A stretch of DNA of 25,848 nucleotides from PVC group bacterium (GTDB taxonomy: Bacteria; Auribacterota; Erginobacteria; Erginobacterales; Erginobacteraceae). The position numbers and the translations under genes are program-made. Each line of letters starts with the position of its first letter. The stretch's first letter is position 1. The notes under the pieces are model-generated. The model made no database searches and had not been told where the DNA came from. It saw only the letters and a program-made list of their open reading frames with translations. Below are positions 10,001-17,911 of the stretch, piece after piece. The stretch is taken from NCBI GenBank assembly GCA_043804695.1, contig JAZDIV010000090.1:1-25848 (forward strand), read 5' to 3'.

Positions 10001-10386
10001 AGGCAGCGGAAGGCCAGCCGGTAGTGGGCTTCCGCCAGCGCGCTGAGAACGATGTTCGGCGCTCCCATCTTGAGCGCCGGCCGGAGAAGCCTGATCGCGG
10101 CCTCCCAGTTCCGGCTCATCATCTGCCGGGCGGCGGCGGGGGAAATGCATCCCCGGCCGGGTGCCGACCGGGCCGCCGGCAGGTAAAACCGGTAGATGGC
10201 AAAGAGGAAGAGGCCGGCGCGGACACGGTGGTAGAGACTGGGGCAGTCCTCGAGGAACCGTTCCAGCTCCCCGGCCAGGGCGAGGAGAGCCGGAAAGGGC
10301 TTCCCCTCGAGCAGTTCCTCCGCCGTCCGGTCCCGGAGGGCGGGATCCTCGCTGGTTATCGTCTCGATGATCGGGTTCGTTTCCAT
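7054..10386 (-). CDS. Fusion of a GHMP-type (fucokinase-like) sugar kinase and a UDP-sugar pyrophosphorylase-like domain
   Basis: N-terminal half: PVRID...GWSD, LPRGSRMAVST (GHMP PxGSGLxxS-like), GGGWQD, LGGEAGGG. C-terminal half: GAGLGSRW, PPGHW, HNADTLGA, RGGFLA, IVE, YNS (UDPGP-like). Start placed at METNP (10386). Confidence 0.75.
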   Translation of the reverse strand: METNPIIETITSEDPALRDRTAEELLEGKPFPALLALAGELERFLEDCPSLYHRVRAGLFLFAIYRFYLPAARSAPGRGCISPAAARQMMSRNWEAAIRLLRPALKMGAPNIVLSALAEAHYRLAFRCLLDQVHDSISRAPGNEWLYRLTSIDDYPLRVPEDRAAPGPETGLYPLGYDCCPVRIDPCHSGWSDIFFLAMDYPEGARVINLSVDIARQGTGAPRPPIECYSRVIDRPAIRLVSLDLGIARNITTTGDLFNFDLDHLGLLKAGVIAAGIVPPAFRDNRLAVLKILCRLIGRGRGIELVTRVRDLPRGSRMAVSTTLLAAIITRLMRQTGQLPSPEGELSDEERRLVTSRAILGEWLGGSGGGWQDAGGLWPGIKIIKGVPARPGDPEYGVSRGRLLPDYRVIPPEELPPRLDELLRESVVLVHGGLARDVGPVLELVTDKYLLRYRSEWEARLREAGYFDRIVAAIRRGDTAALGRFTTEDWERGTKQIIPWATDAYTEELISRVRERWKDDYRGFLMLGGEAGGGMAFIVSPAVHRDVVENLGKLMGEVKQRYERALPFAMEPAVFDFTLNSTGIRGELRREGDALLPEDYYRLILSDPSFRPEAKMQIPPAPEIDQARRRYALPEPGTAAARAGRGQAGAGTPVTPDLLQRLGFDAGLHERNRKLYREGEIGLIRNRLPEDVLIEDVGPDDISPVPRAGSPVFRKCRDLGEKALRAGAAAAVTFGAGLGSRWAGGADVVKLLSPFLMMDGRHRSFLEIHLAKTAKTGQESGHPIQHAVTTSFLTHDPIASTLTRTRNFGATGPVYLSPSRSIIQRLYPREDDLREFWKPRLRLIHDPEQRRNARQRVERTVRWAAAMGPGEEFNGNVPLQRFYPPGHWYEIPGLIRNGTLGKMLRDNPGLNHLLVHNADTLGAALDPVILGFHIMKEKTLTFEAVPRFWEDRGGFLARVNGEPRIVEAGCLPREEDVFLFSCYNSLTTWVDIDRLLAFLWLTREDIKGAASDPDAEKRVKNALAEAEQEIPVYVTLKEAPFIREGGRTETVPVVQCERLWGEMSRLPGLQTGFIAVERNRGRQLKDPRTLDNWVRDGARDYLAALTLFTA

Positions 10387-10517
10387 GCACTCTACCCCGG
10401 CCCCTTTTATTAGCCGCAAAAAATCGCAAAAGTCCCCCTGCCTCGCCCCCTTTTAAGTCCACTAATTACACGAATTTCCACTAATAATGTGTTCCTGTTC
10501 TGTCTTCGGTCTTACAT

Positions 10518-10675
10518 TTCGATATTCGGTGTTCGATATTCTGCGGTTCGTTATTCGCTTTTCTCCCGCCACGCCTCTTCGTCATTCGGTTTTAAGAATT
10601 CTTTCGTCATCCGCCTTCGCGAGAGCGCCGAAGCCGCTTCGGCGGAGGCGCTTCGTCATTCGGATTTCGTCATTT
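10518..10675. repeat. Heptamer repeat tract (TTCGATA/TTCGTCA-type) with an embedded GC-rich palindrome
   Basis: TTCGATATTCGGTGTTCGATATTC..., four TTCGTCAT units, and the insert CCGCCTTCGCGAGAGCGCCGAAGCCGCTTCGGCGGAGGCG. Confidence 0.75.
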
Positions 10676-11393
10676 TTTCAATCTCCGCCTCCCGCGCCGG
10701 TGATGGATAAATCTCAAGACTCTTTTTAAAGTGTTCATCCGCCGCCCGGTTCTCACCCCGCTCGCGGCAGATCAGGCCGAGATGATAGTGAGTCTCCCCC
10801 CGGAGATAATCTTCCTCCGGCGGCGTCTCTTCGAGAGCACGGGTGAGCGTCTCCCGCGCTTCCTCCCCCCGGCCGTCACGGTAGAGCGCCCAGCCGAGGC
10901 TGTCCAGGTAGAGATACCGGTTCTCCCGGTCAACGTCGATCGCCCGCTTCAGCAGCGCGATCGCGTCCGCCGGGCTCCTCCCGCGGAGGAGGAGAACCCA
11001 GGCCAGGTTGTTGAGGGCCTGCGGCTGGTCCGGTTCCTGTTCCAGCGCCTGGCGGTAGAGCTGCTCCGCTTCGGTCAATTGGTTCATCTTGACCAGGACG
11101 TTCCCGGCGTTGATGTACGCGAAAACCAGCCCCGGATCTTTTTGCCGGGCGATCCGGTACTGCGCGAGCGCTCCGTCCAGGTCCCCCTCCCGCTCCAGGA
11201 GCACGCCCAGGTCGTTATGATAGACCGCCTCCTCCTCCTTGGTCCGGGTGTCGGAAGCCGCCGGGCGGCTCTCGATGAAATGATCGAGATTCACCCCCTG
11301 GACGGTCATCCGGTAGCCGGAACAGGATGCCGATACGAAGATCAGGAGCGATAAAGAGCAGGGGATAATAAAGATATATATTTGGTAAAGCAT
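10656..11393 (-). CDS. Tetratricopeptide-repeat protein, probable lipoprotein
   Basis: TPR units (YHNDLGVLL, AYINAGNVL, ALNNLAWVL, YLDSLGWALYR, THYHLGLI). Hydrophobic N-terminus ending in SASC from Met 11393. The longer ORF-track start translates repeat DNA. Confidence 0.85.
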   Translation of the reverse strand: MLYQIYIFIIPCSLSLLIFVSASCSGYRMTVQGVNLDHFIESRPAASDTRTKEEEAVYHNDLGVLLEREGDLDGALAQYRIARQKDPGLVFAYINAGNVLVKMNQLTEAEQLYRQALEQEPDQPQALNNLAWVLLLRGRSPADAIALLKRAIDVDRENRYLYLDSLGWALYRDGRGEEARETLTRALEETPPEEDYLRGETHYHLGLICRERGENRAADEHFKKSLEIYPSPAREAEIEKMTKSE

Positions 11394-11400
11394 AAAATTT

Positions 11401-11506
11401 AAATGACGAACTCCGAATGACGAAGGGGCGCGTACCACGCGCGCCGAGAAAAACTTTGGAATTGGATATTTCTTCGGATTTCTGATTTCGGGTTTCGGAT
11501 TTTTTC
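11401..11506. repeat. Heptamer repeat tract (AATGACG and TTTCGGA types)
   Basis: AAATGACGAACTCCGAATGACGAAG followed by TTCGGATTTCTGATTTCGGGTTTCGGATTT. Confidence 0.75.
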
Positions 11507-11558
11507 TGTCGAGAGATATAGATTCTATTTTCGCCGCGGTTTTATCGGCAGCTTCCAA

Positions 11559-12095
11559 TTATAAGTCCTGCTTCTGTTCAATAACCAGCATCCAGCGGCC
11601 GGCCGCTTCCCACCCGCGCTCGAAGTCGCGGTAAGGAACCGTTCCGGCCCGGGTTTTCCCGGAATGGACGGATACATTTTCCCCGCCGTCATCGTACCCA
11701 TAAACAACCATGTAGTGGTACCGTTCCGGCGCGGCGCCGGTCTTGATCATCACGATGACGGGGATGTCGCGCCGGATATATTCCTTCAGCAGGCTCAGCG
11801 AGCCAGCGGGGGCGTCGGCGTCGAAACCGTGCCGGCGGGCGGAGATCAGCATGTCAAGGTTGAGCGTGCCGTCGAGCTTTTTCCGGTAGATTTCGTCCGC
11901 CAGCTCTTCCTGGGAGATGGCGACACGGTAATAGCCGAAGACCATGGCCAGGGTGGACGGTCCGCAATATTCGCGTCCCTGGCGCTGGAAGGGGATGCCG
12001 GCGATGATATGCCGGGAGGGGGGAGACGGGGCGGGTGTTGACGGGGCCGACAGGAGAAGGAGCTGGCTGAAGACAAGGACCCCGGATAGATTCAT
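11559..12095 (-). CDS. C39-like cysteine peptidase (PA2778-like), secreted
   Basis: Q....YCGPSTLAMVFGYY, SQEELA, HYMVVYGYD and F...W motifs (catalytic Cys and His); signal-like N-terminus. Confidence 0.85.
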   Translation of the reverse strand: MNLSGVLVFSQLLLLSAPSTPAPSPPSRHIIAGIPFQRQGREYCGPSTLAMVFGYYRVAISQEELADEIYRKKLDGTLNLDMLISARRHGFDADAPAGSLSLLKEYIRRDIPVIVMIKTGAAPERYHYMVVYGYDDGGENVSVHSGKTRAGTVPYRDFERGWEAAGRWMLVIEQKQDL

Positions 12096-12155
12096 GGCGG
12101 GAGATCGGGTCCGGCCGGCCCCGGCCGGTCCGTTCGGTCGCCGGCCCGGGGGTTT

Positions 12156-12542
12156 TTAATTTGAATTGGCGAAGAGATAGAGGCCGGTGATGGCGGCCAG
12201 GACGATGACGATGACCAGGCCGACCCCGAGAGCCCGCGAGTCCGGGTTCTCCTCTTCCCCGCCGGCCCTGACTCTATCCAGAGCGGCGGCGATCCGGTGA
12301 ATCTCCCCGTCCGGGAGCTGTGCCAGCCTCTCGGTCGCCTCTTCCCGGCTCCAGCCCAGCCGAAGCAGGGAGCCCGTTATGATCTCTTTCTCCAGTTCCA
12401 GCCGCGAGAGACCGGCCGTTTCCGCGTCCCCGCCCCGGGAGAGGAGAAGCCCCGCCCAGCCCGGCGATGAGAGGCAGAGCATTCCGGCCACGAAGAGAGC
12501 GACCGTCAGGCACGGCCATTTGAGAATTGATGTTGAAAGCAT
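12156..12542 (-). CDS. PA2779-family-like membrane protein
   Basis: Signal peptide, then LG.SREEA..RLAQLPD.EI..IAAALD...AGG followed by one C-terminal TM helix; directly upstream of the C39 peptidase. Confidence 0.7.
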   Translation of the reverse strand: MLSTSILKWPCLTVALFVAGMLCLSSPGWAGLLLSRGGDAETAGLSRLELEKEIITGSLLRLGWSREEATERLAQLPDGEIHRIAAALDRVRAGGEEENPDSRALGVGLVIVIVLAAITGLYLFANSN

Positions 12543-12608
12543 GGGATAATCCCCTGGATTTTTCCTTCCCCTCCGGCGGGTCAGCGGGGGGGGAAGAAGA
12601 GTTCGTTC

Positions 12609-12779
12609 CTATTCGTCCTCCGAGATTGCTTCCACCGGGCAGATGGTGGCGCAGGCGCCGCAGTCGGTGCACTTCTCCGGGTCGATGACATAGGGAGTTC
12701 CTTCCGAGATCGCCTCCACCGGGCACTCCGGCTGACAGGTCCCGCAGGAGACACACTCGTCGCTGATATGATACGCCAT
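12609..12779 (-). CDS. Clostridial-type 2x[4Fe-4S] ferredoxin, 56 aa
   Basis: MAYHISDECVSCGTCQPECPVEAIS...IDPEKCTDCGACATICPVEAIS; AGGAGG RBS upstream. Confidence 0.95.
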   Translation of the reverse strand: MAYHISDECVSCGTCQPECPVEAISEGTPYVIDPEKCTDCGACATICPVEAISEDE

Positions 12780-12820
12780 GACTTTTCCTCCTTGGATCTG
12801 ATTTGAGATATCGACCATCC

Positions 12821-12848
12821 AAAATAAAGAAGTTGGACAGCAAGTCAA
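12821..12848 (-). promoter_or_regulatory. Possible sigma70 promoter for the ferredoxin gene
   Basis: TTGACT-16 bp-TATTTT on the minus strand, about 40 bp above the ATG. Confidence 0.3.
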
Positions 12849-12862
12849 GCACTATTTTAATT

Positions 12863-13756
12863 TTAGGCGCTGCGTTTTCCGACCGGGCGAATTCGGGAGG
12901 CCCTCTCTTCTCCCCGCCCGGCATCCCGGCGGGAGGATCTCTTCCCGGTGGTAAGCCCGAACGCGAAGCATCCCTGCGGGCAGGCATCCCGGCATTTCAG
13001 GCAGCGGATGCACTCCCCGCTCAGGTATTCACCTTTCTCGGGGGCGAGGTCCACCGGGCAGGCTTTTCCGCAGAGCCCGCAGTCGGTGCAGCGGTCGGCA
13101 TCACAGGAGAGGCCGATCAGCGCCAGCCGGTTGAAGAACCCGTAGATCAGGCCCAGGGGGCAGGCCGTCCGGCAGAAGAAACGAAAGGTGACGGCGGAAG
13201 CCCCCAGGAAGAAGACCAAGAGGCCGATCTTGAAAAAGTACAGCCCGCCGATCATCGCCCGGACCTGGCTGGAAAAGATGCCGAAGGGAACGCCGCCTTC
13301 CAGCGAGCCGGCCGGGCAGAGGTAACGGCAGTAGGATGGGCTGCCGGTCAGTAAAGGGAGGAGGACTACCAGGATGAGAAGCGCCGCCCAGCGAAGATGG
13401 CGGAGGGGGGCAAAGAGTTTCACCTTGGGGCTCCTGATCTTGTAGAGCAGTTCTTGGACCAGCCCGAACGGGCAGAGCCACCCGCAGACCAGCCGGCCGA
13501 AGATGCCTCCGAAAAGGAGCAAGAAACCGCCCACGTAGATTGAGAAATGATAGACGCCGGAGCCGATGAAATATTGGAGGGCGCCGACCGGGCAGGCGGC
13601 CGCCGCGTAGGGACAGGCGTAGCAGTTCAGCCCCGGCTGGCAGACTTGCTTCAAGGGGCCCTGGTAGATCCCGTTCGGCAGGGGCTGGCCGAGCAGGAAG
13701 GCCGAGTTGACCGCCACCGCGGAAAGGCACTGGACAATAAACCGGAGCGCCTGCAT
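12863..13756 (-). CDS. Membrane 4Fe-4S binding protein (NapH/MauN/YccM-like)
   Basis: CxPGLNCYACP....CPVG, GRLVCGWLCPFG, CRYLCPAG, RFFCRTACPLG and two CxxCxxCxxxCP clusters; several TM segments. Confidence 0.88.
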   Translation of the reverse strand: MQALRFIVQCLSAVAVNSAFLLGQPLPNGIYQGPLKQVCQPGLNCYACPYAAAACPVGALQYFIGSGVYHFSIYVGGFLLLFGGIFGRLVCGWLCPFGLVQELLYKIRSPKVKLFAPLRHLRWAALLILVVLLPLLTGSPSYCRYLCPAGSLEGGVPFGIFSSQVRAMIGGLYFFKIGLLVFFLGASAVTFRFFCRTACPLGLIYGFFNRLALIGLSCDADRCTDCGLCGKACPVDLAPEKGEYLSGECIRCLKCRDACPQGCFAFGLTTGKRSSRRDAGRGEERASRIRPVGKRSA

Positions 13757-13935
13757 CAGCCGATCCCCAGGCAGTCGAGACAGAGGTAGTGGGCGTTTCT
13801 CATCGTCTCCTTGTTCTCACCGAGCAGGATCCCCCAGACGATCAATTCCACCGCCAGGAGTAAAAGCAGGATGACCGTTGAGAATCGTTTTTTAAAGAAG
13901 ACGTGATAAAACCATGCTGACCGGTAATTGAACAT
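13756..13935 (-). CDS. Small membrane CxxC protein (CD1871A-family-like), 59 aa
   Basis: Not in the ORF track. MFNYRSAWFYHVFFKKRFSTVILLLLLAVELIVWGILLGENKETMRNAHYLCLDCLGIG*; its stop overlaps the next start (TGATG). The start codon is uncertain. Confidence 0.8.
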   Translation of the reverse strand: MFNYRSAWFYHVFFKKRFSTVILLLLLAVELIVWGILLGENKETMRNAHYLCLDCLGIG

Positions 13936-14016
13936 TGAATTTTAATATTCTTTCGGGTTTCCTCATTCTTATTTTGTCATTTTTCATTCGATGTTCATTT
14001 TGTCAGCATCCCGATC

Positions 14017-14541
14017 TCACTGCTTCAGCAGTGCCGTGATGTCTTCCTCAAAAACCTCCCGGGGCCGGAAGCCGACATACTGCTTATACACCCTGCCTTC
14101 CCGGTCGATGACGAACGTGGTGGGGATGCCGGTTACTCCGCCGTACGCCCGGTCCACCTTCCCATCGGTGAGAAGAATGGGGTAATTGATCTTGTATTTC
14201 TCCACGAAAGGAGGAAGGACACCCCGCGGTTTCTGATCAAGGCTGATCCCGAGGATCTCCACGCCCTTCCCGGCGTACTCCTTGTAGAGTTCGACGAAGT
14301 CCGGTATCTCCTTGCGGCAGGGAGGGCACCAGGTGGCCCAGAAATCAATGATGACGATCTTGCCGCGGTAATCGGCGAGCCTGATCCTTCCTCCGCCCAG
14401 CTTCTCCAGGTCAAAATCGGGGGCCTGCTTGATGGTGACGGCTGAACCGCTCCCTGTCGTTCGGGTGTCGCATCCGCCCAAACATATCCCCGCACACAGG
14501 ACTGCGAGGACGATTGCGGTCACCTTCTTGCTATTGATCAT
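14017..14541 (-). CDS. TlpA/ResA-family thiol-disulfide oxidoreductase, lipoprotein
   Basis: LGGC lipobox, APDF, FWATWCPPCRKEIP and GIPTTFVIDREG motifs. Confidence 0.93.
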   Translation of the reverse strand: MINSKKVTAIVLAVLCAGICLGGCDTRTTGSGSAVTIKQAPDFDLEKLGGGRIRLADYRGKIVIIDFWATWCPPCRKEIPDFVELYKEYAGKGVEILGISLDQKPRGVLPPFVEKYKINYPILLTDGKVDRAYGGVTGIPTTFVIDREGRVYKQYVGFRPREVFEEDITALLKQ

Positions 14542-14617
14542 AACTGCACTTCTCCTTGCCTGTCCATCAATGAAAAATGATTTGACCGGATAATACTATA
14601 ATCAATAAGTAGGTGCG

Positions 14618-14821
14618 TTACCAGTGATAATACCTCCGGAGTTCGCTATGTATACTCTGATCATCGTATGATTTTTCAAGCAAGGCAGCCGGGTATTCAC
14701 GATCATTGTGAATAAATACGACTCTGCTTTTGTTTTCGGGGTTGTCAGTTTCTTCGGCGAGGCAAGTTGATGAAAGGGTAAATATAATTGAGAATATCAA
14801 GCACTGGATTTGCTTGCTCAT
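14618..14821 (-). CDS. Short secreted hypothetical protein, possibly truncated; last cassette of the array
   Basis: Signal-peptide-like N-terminus; AAGGA RBS; starts 17 bp after the attC R' box GTTAGGC; AT-rich. Confidence 0.5.
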   Translation of the reverse strand: MSKQIQCLIFSIIFTLSSTCLAEETDNPENKSRVVFIHNDREYPAALLEKSYDDQSIHSELRRYYHW

Positions 14822-14838
14822 AATCTTTAATCCTTGTC

Positions 14839-14898
14839 GCCTAACATGAAAGCTCAGCGGCGCAGCTTTTCCGCGTCCGCGGGAGCGACTTGTTCAAT
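14839..14898 (-). mobile_element. Integron attC site (60 bp), both core triplets intact
   Basis: Minus strand: R'' ATTGAAC-AAGTC-L'' GCTCCCGC-...-L' GCTGAGC-TTTCAT-R' GTTAGGC; inner stem CGCGG/CTGCG; extra base in L''. Confidence 0.85.
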
Positions 14899-15735
14899 GT
14901 CCTTACTTGTCTTCATCTTGGAGTAGTCGGCGATCTCTCGCATGCGAGCGAACCACACGCCTTCATGTTCGAGCTGATACCCGATGAAGCGCTCAAGCAT
15001 CTGCATCCGGTGAGGGCGCCCAATAATCTGGGGGTGGCAAGTGAGGACGAAAACGGTGTCCTCGCCTTCGCCATAGAAGCCGTCAAAGTCTCCGCGCCAG
15101 ATCTCTTCAACTTTGGAGGGCGAACTCAAGCCGGGCAATACGATTGGCTGGTAGAGAAACATGAAATGAGGAGAGTCCGTCAATTCTATCGACATGGGAA
15201 TCTCGACGATTTTCCTGTCTGTATTCGGGACTTGAACCAAGTAGGGCCGGTCGGACGCCATCATGCTCGAATCATAGATAAACGCCATGTCTGACAACAG
15301 ACTCAAAGTGTTCGGCGACAGTTCAGCGGAGGGCGAACGGAAACCGACCGGGCGCTTTCCCGTGACCTTCTCCAGCGCTGTCGTCCCTTTTCGGAGTACT
15401 TCCTTCTCTTCTTCTTTGTTTAATAAATTCGGAGGCTCATGTAAGTAACCATGATGTCCAATCTCATGGCCGGCCCGGGCGATAGTCCTCACTTCCTCCG
15501 GGTGCTGCTCGGCGGTATATCCGGGGATGAAAAAGGTGGCAGGGAGATCATATTTTTCGAGCAATCTAAGTATCCTGGGGACGCCTTCCTCTGCCCCATA
15601 ACTGCCTCGTGAGATGGCGGAAGGAGAAGTCATTTTAGCGGGACCCACCCAGTAGGATTCTGCGTCAAAATCGAACGTCAAAGCTACGGTAAGACGGTGA
15701 TTCTCACGCGTGCCGCGTAATGATTTGTCAGGCAT
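14854..15735 (-). CDS. Polysaccharide deacetylase (CE4, PuuE/HpPgdA-like)
   Basis: TFDFD, YG...GVPRIL.LL, ATFFIPG, HEIGHHGYLHE, GFRSP, YDSS and CHPQIIGRP motifs; the C-terminus reads into the attC. Confidence 0.9.
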   Translation of the reverse strand: MPDKSLRGTRENHRLTVALTFDFDAESYWVGPAKMTSPSAISRGSYGAEEGVPRILRLLEKYDLPATFFIPGYTAEQHPEEVRTIARAGHEIGHHGYLHEPPNLLNKEEEKEVLRKGTTALEKVTGKRPVGFRSPSAELSPNTLSLLSDMAFIYDSSMMASDRPYLVQVPNTDRKIVEIPMSIELTDSPHFMFLYQPIVLPGLSSPSKVEEIWRGDFDGFYGEGEDTVFVLTCHPQIIGRPHRMQMLERFIGYQLEHEGVWFARMREIADYSKMKTSKDIEQVAPADAEKLRR

Positions 15736-15805
15736 TCCTACAGCCTCCTTCTTTTAAGGAACGGCATCTTTCTATCCAACCTCTGTCTGGAGAGAAGATC
15801 TCACA

Positions 15806-15861
15806 GTAGCACAGACATTCCTGTCTGTGCCGCAGAGTGACACAGACATTCCTGTCTGTGC
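15806..15861 (+). repeat. Tandem REP-like hairpins (GTAG/GTGA-CACAGAC-ATTCCT-GTCTGTG-C), pair 1
   Basis: Copies at 15806-15830 and 15837-15861; identical cores at 19212 and 19244. Confidence 0.85.
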
Positions 15862-15907
15862 AGCCCACCGTCCGCCCCCCACCGGGAGGGGTTCTCTTTT
15901 TCCGTCG

Positions 15908-15990
15908 GTAGCTATTGAACGTATACTCCGACCCGCGGTGAAACCGGGGTCGGGGGTAATTGAAATTTAATATTGTGTCTCCGGAATTAT
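15908..15990. repeat. ~80-bp dispersed block, copy 1
   Basis: GTAGCTATTGAAC.TATA.TCCG-hairpin-CGGGG.TAATT...TATTGTGTC.CC(G)GAATTAT; second copy at 23149-23225. Confidence 0.8.
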
Positions 15991-16000
15991 GAATTTCAAA

Positions 16001-16615
16001 TTACTTGTCGACGTCTATGGAGATGATAAGAATTGCTGATCTCGGATTCAATTTCAATAATTTTTCAATCGAAGTGTTGGTATGAGACATTCCTTTTCCC
16101 TCGGTAGTACCTAGTATCCAAAGCAATGGAACATTGTTACCTTTAGCGGCGGTTGAAGAGAAATAATTGAAGGCGTATCCCCTCGAAAAATCTAATTCCT
16201 TTTTAGGGATTTCAAATGTATATAGCGTTGTTTGACCTCCCAGTTGTATTTGAAAGCAGACACGCCAAGAATTTTTTTTCAGGTCCCCGAGGGGTAACAA
16301 GTCCAAATCGGCAAATTGGATGTTCGCTTTCCCGGACGAGCGTGGTTCGATGAAAGTAATTCCGAAAGAAAATTGCGTCCCCGTGGATTTTACCCCGTTT
16401 TTATATAAGTCGATTTTAATTGTTATACCCTGAACAGGCTCGGATAATTCAAAATCTGCTGTAATGGATTTAATCCCCAGGATAGCTGATACATCCCCGA
16501 ACTCTGGCTCTGTTAGTACAATATTTTTTAAGCATGGCTCGGCAAACAGGGTTCTTGTCCAGAGAAAATTGTAAACAATCAATAAAGTAAGAATTGATCT
16601 GAGGAGTATGTTCAT
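16001..16615 (-). CDS. Secreted hypothetical protein
   Basis: 204-aa AT-rich ORF, GGAGG RBS, signal-like N-terminus; no family recognised. Confidence 0.7.
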   Translation of the reverse strand: MNILLRSILTLLIVYNFLWTRTLFAEPCLKNIVLTEPEFGDVSAILGIKSITADFELSEPVQGITIKIDLYKNGVKSTGTQFSFGITFIEPRSSGKANIQFADLDLLPLGDLKKNSWRVCFQIQLGGQTTLYTFEIPKKELDFSRGYAFNYFSSTAAKGNNVPLLWILGTTEGKGMSHTNTSIEKLLKLNPRSAILIISIDVDK

Positions 16616-16666
16616 GATACCTCCCGTTTTAAGTTCAGATTACAATGTTAGGTCTCTTTACCCTTG

Positions 16667-17911
16667 TCAGGAAGTACGCTCCAGCATGATCGAGGCCCTA
16701 CCTGTTATGATCTTCTGGAGATGCTTGGTCTTCGCTGCGTCATCATTTGGGATCGACGTTCCAACGGCGTCAAGCTTGTCCGGGATCATCCGGCAGATCT
16801 CGCCTATTCGCTCACGTATCATTGGCCAACCAAGGCGGGTCTCTTGTGTCATCTTCTGCCAGTTACCGACAGTAAGCGTATCGAGTGATCTGCCGCCACC
16901 GATCTTCATCGCCAGATTCCGCGAGAGTTCCGGCCAGGCAAGTGTGCAGACAAGATCGTAGAACGGCGACAGCCTGCGTTCGCCGCCACGGTACAGGATC
17001 GAGTAGTTCTTGCCGTGCGCGTCGGCATTCCCGATCAGCACATTGAAGATCAACGCATCGATGAAGTCGCGAATATCCACAACAGGCGCGGTGGACCATT
17101 CGCGTAGTAGTGAAATGCAGTCCCGAAGCAGCGGGCCTCCCTCTTCCTGGTACTTTCGCTCCGGTGGAAATCCGAGCGCCTGACAGAAGTCCTCCTGGTG
17201 CAGTCGTGTGGTAGTACCGTCCCTATTGATCAGCCGGTCATACCTTTGAACCAGAATACACGCCTTCTCGCCGACGAGACGATACTCGACGGAAGGCACG
17301 TTCAGTCCAACGGCACCTGCCAATTTCATGCACAAGATTTCGTTGGCGACCAGTCCGGGAAAACGGTCCGGTTCCGGTTTCAGGATGTGTGAACTCGGCG
17401 TATTATCGAGGGGCAGACTGATCTTGCGGTCATGAACAACGACAGGCAATTTATCCTGAGCGCCGGCCAGCGACAGCCGGACGCCCTCCATGCCGGCCAT
17501 CAGGGGCCGGAGGGGAAGCTCGGCTACCACGTCCTTTAATTCTGTCTCGCTCAATTCACGCAGCCGGGTATCCTCTGGTTGTGGCGGCGCGGTACCTTCC
17601 TGAAGCAGGCTCACGGCTCCCGCGCACTCGCCTCCTATACGCTCCAGCATGGCGAAATCATTACGCTCGCTGATTCCAAGGATCGCGGCTATCTTTCTCC
17701 GGGGATCTTCATCGGGCAAAATGCCTGCGAAAAAGGGTCTGACTTTTTTCCCCTGGAATGCCTCTGGTTGGAGAGGCAGTGATCGGGAAAGAGGTATTGC
17801 ATCCGGCCGGTTGAGCCACGTCTCATCGTAGCGGAACTGCATCAGGCCGCTCTCGTCTTGTTCGAGAGAGCCTACCCTCTTGTTATGCAGATAAACAATC
17901 AGGCGCTTCAT
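16667..17911 (-). CDS. hipA: Type II toxin HipA (Ser/Thr kinase)
   Basis: Couple_hipA N-terminus (PLSRSLPL, FFAGILPD), IGGECAGAV, SLAGAQDK, HILKP, HQEDFCQALG..PERKY, IGNADAHGKNYS and LSPFYDL motifs. Confidence 0.95.
   Translation of the reverse strand: MKRLIVYLHNKRVGSLEQDESGLMQFRYDETWLNRPDAIPLSRSLPLQPEAFQGKKVRPFFAGILPDEDPRRKIAAILGISERNDFAMLERIGGECAGAVSLLQEGTAPPQPEDTRLRELSETELKDVVAELPLRPLMAGMEGVRLSLAGAQDKLPVVVHDRKISLPLDNTPSSHILKPEPDRFPGLVANEILCMKLAGAVGLNVPSVEYRLVGEKACILVQRYDRLINRDGTTTRLHQEDFCQALGFPPERKYQEEGGPLLRDCISLLREWSTAPVVDIRDFIDALIFNVLIGNADAHGKNYSILYRGGERRLSPFYDLVCTLAWPELSRNLAMKIGGGRSLDTLTVGNWQKMTQETRLGWPMIRERIGEICRMIPDKLDAVGTSIPNDDAAKTKHLQKIITGRASIMLERTS

Noticed and set aside
600..10413. 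Long plus-strand ORFs (e.g. 600-1496, 1852-2880, 4945-6072, 7303-9366)
   Set aside because: Antisense shadows of well-supported GC-rich minus-strand genes; no recognisable motifs.
14582..14602. TTGACC...TATAAT promoter at the array boundary
   Set aside because: The spacer is only 9 bp and it points away from tlpA.
15774..15800. Possible attC R' remnant (GTTGGAT) upstream of the deacetylase
   Set aside because: No matching L''/R'' or stem could be found; too short to support.
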